Origin: Chloroflexota bacterium
GTDB lineage: Bacteria > Chloroflexota > Dormibacteria > CF-121
Assembly (NCBI GenBank): GCA_005880615.1
Contig: VBID01000117.1
Span: 1 to 61,383 of the forward strand
Reading direction: 5' to 3'
Length of the DNA: 61,383 bases
Shown: in pieces, positions 52,802 to 60,889 of the stretch
Position numbering within the stretch: the first letter of the stretch is position 1
Layout of the letters: each line of letters begins with the position of its first letter
Notes under the pieces: generated by a model
What the model was told of the DNA's origin: nothing
The model's input: the letters and a program-made list of their open reading frames with translations, nothing else
Databases searched by the model: none
Position numbers and translations under genes: made by a program

Positions 52802-52973
52802 AGGTCTGGGTGTGGACCTCCGACCCGGCGGGGAGCACGCGCAGGCTCGGGTGCAGGGCGGCCGCCTGGGGCTTGGGCGCGGTCGCGACCGCGGCGCCAA
52901 AGACCCCAGTCAACAGCAGGGTGCCAATGATCGCCACTCGCTTGAGCGTCTTCTCCGAGACCAGTGTGCTCAT
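52791..52973 (-). CDS. small membrane-anchored protein (60 aa), first gene of the apbE operon
   Basis: TAGGCT 6 nt before ATG; one TM helix; C-terminal HTQTYVS; overlaps the apbE start. Confidence 0.7.
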   Translation of the reverse strand: MSTLVSEKTLKRVAIIGTLLLTGVFGAAVATAPKPQAAALHPSLRVLPAGSEVHTQTYVS

Positions 52974-53006
52974 GACCTCAGCCTACCGAGCAGTATCGCG
53001 CGCTCG

Positions 53007-53033
53007 CTGAATGTGCCTGAGAAAAACCTGAGA
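53007..53033 (-). promoter_or_regulatory. OmpR/MprA-type direct-repeat box
   Basis: Minus strand TCTCAG-N5-TCTCAG-N4-ATTCAG at the -35 region of the apbE operon. Confidence 0.6.
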
Positions 53034-53044
53034 CGTTCCAGCAA

Positions 53045-53076
53045 CCCCCTCCCTACCCCTCCCCGGGGGGAGGGGG
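53045..53076. repeat. REP-like CCCTACC...GGGGAGGGG palindrome, copy 3
   Basis: CCCTACCCCTCCCCGGGGGGAGGGGG downstream of the oxidoreductase gene. Confidence 0.55.
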
Positions 53077-53084
53077 AATGTGTC

Positions 53085-54518
53085 TTATTGGACCTCGAGC
53101 GCGATGCGGTGGTATCCGCTGGCCCCATCAGGCAGCGTTGGCACCCGCTGCGCCGTCTGCCAGGCGCCGGTGCCGTCGCGGGCCCGGACTTCGATGTCGT
53201 AATGCCCGGTCACCACGGAGGCGGTGAGTCCCCAGAACCGCCAGGCGTACGGCGAGAACTCGGGATCGAGGTCGGCGGCTTGCCAGGGGCCGTTGTTCAA
53301 GCGGATTTCTACGGCGCTGATCCGCCGGTTGCCGGCGAAGGCAATGCCCCGCATGGCGATCGGGCCGACCGGGACCACCAGCCCATCCAGCGGCGCGTCG
53401 ATGCGGGACATGGTCTTGACCACAGCCCGCTCGTTCCACCCGTTCTGCTCCCAGTAGCCGCGCTGGTCCGTCGCCGACAGCCGCAGCCGGGTCACCCATT
53501 TGGGTTGCTTCATCCCGTAGTGGCCGGGGAAGATGAAGCGGGCCGGAAAGCCATGGGCCCAGGGCAGGCCATCCCCATTTAGATGGGTCGCCAGCAGGTG
53601 GTCGGGCGTCAGCTCCTCCAGGGGCAAACTCTCCGTATAGCCGTCGGCCGCTTCCATCAGCAGCCAGCGCGCGTCGGGATGGTCGCCCCCGTGAGCGGCC
53701 AGAAGGTCCGTGACCCGCGGCCCGCGCCAGCGCCCGTTACTGATCAGCGTGCCGCCGATCTCATTGCTGATGCACGAGAGGGTCAGCTCGACCTCGGCGG
53801 CCGGGAGAGCCAGCAGCTCGGCGTAAGTGAGGGAGGCGCCGTCGGGGAGGACGAGGAGCCACCCGTTGGCGTCGACGACTGGATCGCCCGCAATGTTCTT
53901 GGAAACGACGTAGAAGTCCGCCACCGGCGTGATCTCCGTCATCGACCGGGTGCCCTCCCGGGTGGCCAGGGCCGTGACAAACCGGCGGACGTCGACATAG
54001 GCAATCCCCAGCACCGCCAGCCCGACCGATCCGACCAGCAGGTTGCGGAGCAAGACGCGCCGGTCGTCGCTGGTTGAGCCGGGCTGCAGCAGTGCCGTGC
54101 TCCAGCTGTAGGCGATCGTGCCCGCCACCGCCAGGACCGTCGCCTCGATCAGAGCCGGGATTCCGTCGCCAGCCACCAGGCCGACGGCCAGCGTCACCAG
54201 CCCGATCACGCCGGCAATCGCCGGGCCCCGACTCACCGTGAGGCGCCGGTCGATGATCACGGTGGCGGCTCCGAACAAGACGATCAACCCCACGGTGCTA
54301 CCAACCAGAAGCAGCGGACGCGCCAGGACCCCCAGGGTGCGGATCACGGCCTCGAAGACGGGCAGGGGCAAGACCTTGACCAGCAGGCCGCCCGCCTCCT
54401 CGGGAAGCAGCGGGATGCCGAAAACGGCGCGGGCCAGGTAGCCGATCCCCAGGGTCAGGCAGCCGACGGCCAGTCCAATCAAGACTAGGCGCCGGGTGGC
54501 CACCGGAGCGTGAGCCAC
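53085..54518 (-). CDS. membrane-bound molybdopterin oxidoreductase (sulfite oxidase/MsrP family)
   Basis: N-terminal TM helices; TP..DFY, LSCISN, HGFPAR, YGMKQPKW, GYWE.NGW; Mo-co dimer C-terminus. Confidence 0.9.
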   Translation of the reverse strand: MAHAPVATRRLVLIGLAVGCLTLGIGYLARAVFGIPLLPEEAGGLLVKVLPLPVFEAVIRTLGVLARPLLLVGSTVGLIVLFGAATVIIDRRLTVSRGPAIAGVIGLVTLAVGLVAGDGIPALIEATVLAVAGTIAYSWSTALLQPGSTSDDRRVLLRNLLVGSVGLAVLGIAYVDVRRFVTALATREGTRSMTEITPVADFYVVSKNIAGDPVVDANGWLLVLPDGASLTYAELLALPAAEVELTLSCISNEIGGTLISNGRWRGPRVTDLLAAHGGDHPDARWLLMEAADGYTESLPLEELTPDHLLATHLNGDGLPWAHGFPARFIFPGHYGMKQPKWVTRLRLSATDQRGYWEQNGWNERAVVKTMSRIDAPLDGLVVPVGPIAMRGIAFAGNRRISAVEIRLNNGPWQAADLDPEFSPYAWRFWGLTASVVTGHYDIEVRARDGTGAWQTAQRVPTLPDGASGYHRIALEVQ

Positions 54519-54521
54519 GGA

Positions 54522-54743
54522 CTACCGCGAGCGCGACTGGCGCGCGACGCCGCGGTACAGGAGATAGACGCCCGCGACGTCGAGGATGATCCCGATGGCA
54601 AGCCAGAACCGTGAGCCGGTCATGAAGCTTCCCGCCAAGACCCCGGCGCCCTGCAGCGTCCACACCAGGCCCACCAGCAGACAGAGTCCGCCCAGCGCCA
54701 ACGTTACGACGCCCAGTCGACGGTCACCCACTACGCCGACCAT
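54522..54743 (-). CDS. small 2-TM membrane protein
   Basis: GLVWTLQG.G.L.GSFMTG..W motif. Confidence 0.75.
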   Translation of the reverse strand: MVGVVGDRRLGVVTLALGGLCLLVGLVWTLQGAGVLAGSFMTGSRFWLAIGIILDVAGVYLLYRGVARQSRSR

Positions 54744-54867
54744 ATCCGGTTCGGCGTTACGGCGCTCGATTGATCGGGTGAAGCTGGTGCTCGCAGATCC
54801 GGGCCGCCGGCACCAACCGAGTGCGGAAGGGGCCCTGCGGTGTGCAGGGCACCCTTGCCGCTGCGTA

Positions 54868-54880
54868 GCCCGAATCGGGC
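54868..54880. repeat. 13-bp end remnant of the MITE family
   Basis: GCCCGAATCGGGC directly abutting the stop codon at 54881. Confidence 0.55.
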
Positions 54881-56305
54881 TCAGGCTTGCTGTGCGACCG
54901 GTTCCTCGATGGGGGCGTCCTTGCCCGCCGGCCGGACACCCGCCTCCACCTTGGCGAGGGCCAGCTGACCGATGTTGAGTCCCTGAATGGTGGCCAGGTC
55001 CCCGAGCGCCCGCAGGAAGTACTGCCGGCGCCGCCGTTCCACCACTCGGTTGATCTCCGCCTCGAAGTTGGCGATGCCATCGACCGACGTGATGCGGAAG
55101 GGATCGCTGATCCGGGGGCGCGGCGCGCCCATCTCTTCCTGGACCATCTTGCGGGCGTCGCCTGACATTCCCTCGTTACTGACGATCACGCCTTCGGATG
55201 CCTTGATCCGCGAGACCTTGGCGTTGAAGCTGTAGGCGTCGGCCAGGTTGAACTCGCGGTCCTTGAGAACGGCCAGCACCAGGTCACCGCTGACATCCAG
55301 GATGATGTCGGTCCCACTTCCGTTGGCTCCGGCGTCCACGATGATCGCCTCGCGCGGCACGCCGATGCGGGACAGGCTGGCTACCGCCATGGTTGTCATC
55401 CAGCGACCCCGGTCGTTCAGCTCGCGGGCCCTTTCCGTGGGGATGATCACCTGGTCCACCCGCTCTTCGCTGAGGGATCGTCCGCAGGCGCATTTCATCC
55501 AGTCGGGCGCCATCTTGGCGAGCTTGTTGGGATCGTCGGTGCGCAACACCGCGTTCCCGGTGCGCGAGCACACGATGACGTACTCGGATTGGATCAGCCC
55601 CATATCGCGCAGCTCACCGAGCCGTCCGGCGACGGCCGCGCCCTGCGACTCACCGAGGACGCGGGGCAACTCCGACGAGGTGAGGGAGCCAACCCGCTCC
55701 AGGTCCCGAATCAGGGCCCGGACTTCCGGAATGGCGAAGGCGCCAACGGCGCGAGCCTCGTCCGTCGAGAGCTCGGCGCCCTGGCGATTGCGCCGGATAT
55801 TTTCGAAGTTGTGGCTGGTGGCTGGGGTCAGCACGGGCCAGCCGGACGGCGCGCCAATCTCCTGGCCCATCACCTCGGCCGCAGCGGTCCGGACCCGCTT
55901 CAGAAAATCGTTGCGCAGCTTCTCGCTGCCTGATCGGTGGGCGATGCCGACCTCGGCGAAGGCGGGTTTGCCGGCATGCTCGAGCTCCATGAAGTGGACA
56001 TCATCGGAGCGAAGCTCGCGCAGCGTGGCCGAGCCGGGTCGCCGCACCCGGAGCCACCCCACGACCGGCGCCGAGCCGAAGAAAATCTCGCCTTCCTCCG
56101 GGGCCGACCAGCTGCGAGTGACGTCGAACTGCAGAAACTTGCTGAGCAGGTCGATGGTGAAACCGATCCCGGCGCTGTCGAAGATGGCCTCTCGCGCCCG
56201 ATAAAGGACGCCCATGAATTCGGGGCCGTTGATCCGCGACACGAGGGTCCAGAACTGGTCGGGGGTCGGGGCGATGTCGAGCCGGCGGACTTCTACGTGC
56301 AGCAT
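54881..56305 (-). CDS. hypothetical protein with putative Zn site and C-terminal restriction-endonuclease-like region
   Basis: 474-aa ORF with SD GGAGG; CSRTG...CACG; TDIIL....LVLAVLKD resembles a degenerate PD-(D/E)xK motif. Confidence 0.7.
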   Translation of the reverse strand: MLHVEVRRLDIAPTPDQFWTLVSRINGPEFMGVLYRAREAIFDSAGIGFTIDLLSKFLQFDVTRSWSAPEEGEIFFGSAPVVGWLRVRRPGSATLRELRSDDVHFMELEHAGKPAFAEVGIAHRSGSEKLRNDFLKRVRTAAAEVMGQEIGAPSGWPVLTPATSHNFENIRRNRQGAELSTDEARAVGAFAIPEVRALIRDLERVGSLTSSELPRVLGESQGAAVAGRLGELRDMGLIQSEYVIVCSRTGNAVLRTDDPNKLAKMAPDWMKCACGRSLSEERVDQVIIPTERARELNDRGRWMTTMAVASLSRIGVPREAIIVDAGANGSGTDIILDVSGDLVLAVLKDREFNLADAYSFNAKVSRIKASEGVIVSNEGMSGDARKMVQEEMGAPRPRISDPFRITSVDGIANFEAEINRVVERRRRQYFLRALGDLATIQGLNIGQLALAKVEAGVRPAGKDAPIEEPVAQQA

Positions 56306-56488
56306 CCTTTGGCGCTCCTCCGTGTGCAGGTGGGCAATCTCGGCGCCTGCCCCGGAACTTCCCCTCGACCCGGTGGCGCATCGCGCAGCTTAGGACGGCG
56401 CAAGCGCGTTGTCAAACGAAGCTGATACCAAATGACCCGCATCACGTCGTACATCTGTTTCTGCTAGTGCCGGCTGATACTGGATGAG

Positions 56489-56650
56489 ATGACGGAGCGC
56501 GACCAGTTGGCGGCCGCTGCCCGCGCCGCCGGCCTGCGCGTGTCTCAGAGTGAACTCGAGCGGCTGCTCCCGGCGTGGCGTCGATACCAGGACCTAGTGC
56601 AGGCCATGCGGGCCCAGGCGCGCCGACAGCCGGACCCGGAGCTGCCGTGA
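56489..56650 (+). CDS. small GatC/AtzG-like amidase partner (53 aa, below the ORF-track cutoff)
   Basis: MTERDQLAAAARAAGLRVSQSELERLLPAWRRYQDLVQAMRAQARRQPDPELP*; GATACT 7 nt before ATG; TGA overlaps the amidase GTG. Confidence 0.7.
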   Translation: MTERDQLAAAARAAGLRVSQSELERLLPAWRRYQDLVQAMRAQARRQPDPELP

Positions 56651-57999
56651 CCGTCGACGACCTGTGCGACGCGCCGCTGACCGAGGTGGCACGCCGCCTC
56701 CGCCGCCGAGCCGTGTCCCCCGTCGAGCTGGTGGACGCATACCTGGCGCGGATCGTGAAGGCCCACCGGCTGCGGGCCTTCATCAGCGTGACCGGAGAGA
56801 CCGCCAAGCGCCAGGCGCGGGCTGCGGAACGCCAGTTGCACCGGGGCGAGACCGGGCCCTTGCTGGGGGTGCCGATGGCCCTCAAGGATCTGCTCGCCAC
56901 CCGCGGGGTGCGCACCACGGCCGGCTCCCGGATCCTGGCCCGCTGGGTGCCCCGCCAGGACGCGACCGCCGTGAGCCGGCTCCGCCAGGCGGGCGCCGTG
57001 ATGCTGGGCAAGCTCAACCTGCACGAGTTCGCCTACGGGGTGTCGACCAGCAATCCCTTCTTTGGGATCGCCCGCAATCCCTGGGATCCAACCCGCATCC
57101 CGGGCGGCTCCAGCGGCGGATCGGCGATTGCGGTGGTGGCGGGATTGTGCGCCGGCAGCCTGGGAACCGACACCGGCGGATCGATCCGGATTCCGGCCGC
57201 ACTCTGCGGCTGCGTCGGATTGAAGCCGACCTATGGGAGTGTGCCGGTGACCGGGGTCCTGGCGCTGGGGCCGTCGCTCGACCATGTGGGCCCCATCAGC
57301 AGGAGCGTGGCCGATGCCCGCCTGCTGCTCGAGGTGATTGCCGGGCGCCGGGTGCGGCCCGCATCCGTGAAGGGCATGGTCATCGGCGTGCCCGATGGAT
57401 TTTTCGGGCAGCAGGTCGAACCCGGGGTGGCGCGGCTGGTCGCCGCCACCGTCTCCGGGCTCCGGGCGGATGGGGCGCGCCTGCGCCGGGTGAGGCTGCC
57501 GGCGATGGTGTGGTCGGTCGCGGTCCAGCTGGTCACCCTGCGGGCCGAAGCCGCCGCGGTGCACGCCCGCTGGTTTCCCGCCCGGTCGGCAGACTATGGC
57601 GTCGAGACCCGCGCCCGGTTACAGCTGGGGCACCTGGTCAGCGGCGCCGACTATCTGCTGGCTCAGCGGCTGCGGCAACGATTGCGCGACGAGCTGCGCT
57701 CCGTCTTCGAAGAGGTCGACGTGCTCGCCGTGCCCGCTGTTCCGCTGGTGGCGCCTCGAGTCGGGCAGCCGCAAGTCCGCTGGCGAAACCGCCAGGAGCC
57801 GGTCGACGCCGCGCTGGTGCGATTTACGGCACCCTTCAACCTGACCGGCGCGCCCGCGCTCTCGGTGCCGTGCGGCCTCTCCCAAGGACTGCCAGTCGGG
57901 ATTCAACTCGTGGGCCGATGGAACGATGAGGCGACCATCCTGGCGGCGGGGCAGGCGGTTGAGGACCGGGTCGGGCGCTTGGGGCGGCCGTTTGAGTGA
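56647..57999 (+). CDS. amidase signature family enzyme (GatA/AtzE-like)
   Basis: KD, GKLNLHEFA, GGSSGGS, GTDTGGSIRIPA, GLKPTYG; start GTG 56647. Confidence 0.92.
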   Translation: MTVDDLCDAPLTEVARRLRRRAVSPVELVDAYLARIVKAHRLRAFISVTGETAKRQARAAERQLHRGETGPLLGVPMALKDLLATRGVRTTAGSRILARWVPRQDATAVSRLRQAGAVMLGKLNLHEFAYGVSTSNPFFGIARNPWDPTRIPGGSSGGSAIAVVAGLCAGSLGTDTGGSIRIPAALCGCVGLKPTYGSVPVTGVLALGPSLDHVGPISRSVADARLLLEVIAGRRVRPASVKGMVIGVPDGFFGQQVEPGVARLVAATVSGLRADGARLRRVRLPAMVWSVAVQLVTLRAEAAAVHARWFPARSADYGVETRARLQLGHLVSGADYLLAQRLRQRLRDELRSVFEEVDVLAVPAVPLVAPRVGQPQVRWRNRQEPVDAALVRFTAPFNLTGAPALSVPCGLSQGLPVGIQLVGRWNDEATILAAGQAVEDRVGRLGRPFE

Positions 58000-58198
58000 C
58001 ACGAGCAGGCTGAGGACCCCCTCCTCAACCTCGAAAGAGGAGGAAATGCGCGGCACGCGCCGTGATGGAGGGCCGCGGTCGGGGCATTCGGACATGCGCG
58101 ACAACGGTCAGATTTATTGATCGAGGGAGCAGGGCGCGCACTTGTGCTGGCGAGCGCTCAGGGCCCGACCCTGGAGCCGGCCGTCTGACTACGGCCGG

Positions 58199-59215
58199 CT
58201 AGTAGATAAAGCCGATCAGGGGAATCGTGCCGGGGACCACGCGCCGCGTGTCGACCTTGCCCCAGCCGCCGCCGCTGCCACCGTAGTAGTTCATCTCCGA
58301 CACCAGCCAGCTGCCGTCGGAGTTGACTTTTTCCACGTAGGCCACGTGCCCCCAGTAGGGGTTCTCCCAGGTGACCATGATGGCGCCCACGCGGGGCGCC
58401 GGGCCTTCGGGCCGGCCCCAGGCGCGCGCGCGACCATACCATTCCCAGGCGTTGCCGCCCCACGGTGCGGACCGCCGCGTGTTGACGTAATAGGTGCATT
58501 GACCGAACGGATAGAGGCCGCCCCCGCCGCCGGCGGAGACAGGCGAGATCCACACCGGTCGACCGCCGGCCGACACGGTCCGGGGATTGGCTTCGGGGAC
58601 AGGCGCCGCCTCGGGGCCGACCCCGAAGGGGATCATCAACCATGACCCGACCGCCAGGTTCTCGGGGTGCCGGAGCAGGTTGAACTCGATGATGGCGTCC
58701 ACCTCGGCCCGGTACTTGCGTGCCAAGGCCGGCACCGTATCGTCGCGCTCGACCCGGACCAGCACGCCGTCAATCGGCGGAATCATGATCACCTGGCCAT
58801 GCTCAAGGAGGTCGACGGCGCCGGGATTCGACCAAATCAGCGTGTTCACGGTGAGGCCGTACTGGGCCGCCAGAGCGCGCAGGGTGTCCCCATCGGACGC
58901 GCGATAGGTCAGGATCGGCCGGTGCTGCTCTTCGATCCCAGCCGCGGTCAGTGACAGTTCGGGCTTCACCATGAAGCCATCGGTCGACCACTCGCGGTGA
59001 TCGGCCCAGCGGGCGGGCGGCGCCACGACCAGGGTCCGATCTTTGGCCAGGGCCGGCGCCGGTCCGATGGGCGCATGGACAGCCAGCCAGGGCAGGGCCC
59101 CGGCCAGTATCAGGACGATCGCGTGAGTCGCGTGCCGCGGCAGTGCGGTGAGCAGTCCGGGTCCCCCTTTTTCGGGATCCGGCCCGGGCAACGCCCGAAC
59201 CTCTATGCCTGCCAA
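58199..59215 (-). CDS. LysM-CHAP peptidoglycan hydrolase
   Basis: TM anchor, two LysM repeats, CHAP motifs GQCTYY, GNA.EW, GHVAYVE, SEMNY. Confidence 0.9.
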   Translation of the reverse strand: MAGIEVRALPGPDPEKGGPGLLTALPRHATHAIVLILAGALPWLAVHAPIGPAPALAKDRTLVVAPPARWADHREWSTDGFMVKPELSLTAAGIEEQHRPILTYRASDGDTLRALAAQYGLTVNTLIWSNPGAVDLLEHGQVIMIPPIDGVLVRVERDDTVPALARKYRAEVDAIIEFNLLRHPENLAVGSWLMIPFGVGPEAAPVPEANPRTVSAGGRPVWISPVSAGGGGGLYPFGQCTYYVNTRRSAPWGGNAWEWYGRARAWGRPEGPAPRVGAIMVTWENPYWGHVAYVEKVNSDGSWLVSEMNYYGGSGGGWGKVDTRRVVPGTIPLIGFIY

Positions 59216-59340
59216 CTGCGAAGAGGCCGCGGGCTTGCGATTTTTGTCGCGCCGCCGCTGGTATTGTGACGAGCTCGTTACGCCCCGAGGCCACTCTCCG
59301 TTAAGGCGAAGTGCGCGCTGAAGCCATACAATGCCCTCGC

Positions 59341-60882
59341 ATGGCGGACGAGGCCACCACGCCCGGCCGACGCTACGTCGAGGCCGTCATCAGCGGGGCC
59401 GCCCCCCTGCCGGCCTACCTCGCACTCCTCGGGATGCGCGTAACCGCGGCCGGGGATGGCACGGCGACCTACGAAATGCCGGTCACCGAGTCGCTCTACA
59501 ACCCCAACGACGTGGCCCATGGTGGCGCGCTGGCGTCGCTGCTGGACAGCGCCATGGGGTTCGCCGTGGTCACCACATTGGCATCCGGGGAAAACTTCAC
59601 CACGGTCGACCTGACCGTCAATTTCATCCGGCCGGTCACCGTCCAGTCCGGAATGCTGCGCTGCATCGGCCGGGTGGTTCACCGCGGCCGCCAGATCGCC
59701 GTTGCCGAGGCGGTCTGTACCGACGGCGCCGGTGAACTGATTGCCCGGGCTAGCTCCACCAACCTGGTGCTGGCCGGCACGCCGCCACAAACACAGCCGC
59801 AACCGCCGCTGCCCGCACCACCGCCCGCTCCTCCAATCGCGGCCCCCCCGGTCCCCGTCATGGCTCCACCGCCGCCGCCACCACCACCGCCGCCGCCGCC
59901 GCCGCCGCCACCGCCACCGCCACCACTACCACCACCTCCTCCTCCGGTGGCTGCCTTCGTGCCACAGCCGGCTGGGTTCGGCCCTCCGCCTTCACGGCTG
60001 GAACACGAGCGGATGGCGACCACGCCGGTGACTGAGTCGCAGCCGATCGCCCCCTCGGCATTTACGCAATCGAAATGGCGCGTGCGCCTCTTCGGGGGGG
60101 ACATGACGTACATCCGGCGGGGGCAGGGACCGCCGGTTGTGTTGCTCCACGGCATCCCGAGCTCGTCGTATCTCTGGCGCGACGTGATCGATCCGCTGAC
60201 GCACTACTTCGACGTGGTGGCTCCGGACCTACTGGGCTATGGTGACTCCGACAAACGGGTGGATGCGGACCTGTCGGTGGAAGCGCAGGAACGCTACGTG
60301 ATCGCCCTCATGGAATCGCTGGGAATCCAGCGGGCGCACCTGGTGGGTCATGACATCGGGGGCGGGATCGCGCAGCTGATCGCCGCCGACGAGCCCGCCC
60401 GGGTGGGCAAGCTGGTGCTCATCGACAGCATCATGGACGACAACTGGCCCATCCCGGAGATCGCCCGTCTTCACGACCCCTTCTGGGACCAGCGGATGGT
60501 CAGCGCCGACCTGCGCAAAGGCTTCGGTGAAGGCCTCCAGGCCGGCATCGTCACCCCCGGCCGGATCACCGCCGAGCTGCTGGACGAGTGGGTCCGCCCC
60601 TTCAGCGACCAGGCCGGCCGACGTGGATATCTCCGGGCCGCCCGCGCCCTCAACAACAAGGACCTGGTATCGCGGTCCAACGACATTCGCGAGATCCGGG
60701 TCCCGACCCTGATCCTCTGGGGCGCGAACGACAAGTTCCTGGAACGGGGCTGGGCCGAGAAGCTCCATCAGAAGCTGCAGAACAGCGTGGTCCAGATCAT
60801 CGACCCGGGCGGGCACTTCCTCCCGCTGGACCGGCCGGACGCGCTCGTCCCTCTCCTGCTCCAGTTCCTCACGCAGCCCTAG
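59341..60882 (+). CDS. PaaI hotdog thioesterase - polyproline linker - alpha/beta hydrolase fusion
   Basis: NP..VAHGG....LLD (PaaI); about P20-L-P6 linker; HGIP, GHDIGG (Asp nucleophile), GHF; TACAAT 8 nt before ATG. Confidence 0.85.
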   Translation: MADEATTPGRRYVEAVISGAAPLPAYLALLGMRVTAAGDGTATYEMPVTESLYNPNDVAHGGALASLLDSAMGFAVVTTLASGENFTTVDLTVNFIRPVTVQSGMLRCIGRVVHRGRQIAVAEAVCTDGAGELIARASSTNLVLAGTPPQTQPQPPLPAPPPAPPIAAPPVPVMAPPPPPPPPPPPPPPPPPPPPLPPPPPPVAAFVPQPAGFGPPPSRLEHERMATTPVTESQPIAPSAFTQSKWRVRLFGGDMTYIRRGQGPPVVLLHGIPSSSYLWRDVIDPLTHYFDVVAPDLLGYGDSDKRVDADLSVEAQERYVIALMESLGIQRAHLVGHDIGGGIAQLIAADEPARVGKLVLIDSIMDDNWPIPEIARLHDPFWDQRMVSADLRKGFGEGLQAGIVTPGRITAELLDEWVRPFSDQAGRRGYLRAARALNNKDLVSRSNDIREIRVPTLILWGANDKFLERGWAEKLHQKLQNSVVQIIDPGGHFLPLDRPDALVPLLLQFLTQP

Positions 60883-60889
60883 ATCCGGG

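Noticed and set aside
56647-57999. Calling the amidase gatA
   Set aside because: No adjacent gatB, and the sequence looks like a general amidase-signature enzyme
58010-58045. Hammerhead ribozyme (CTGAGGA...GAAA)
   Set aside because: The segment between the two core motifs is almost all C/T and cannot form stem II
58046-58120. 24-aa ORF after GAGGAGG
   Set aside because: The SD-ATG spacing is very short and there is no other support
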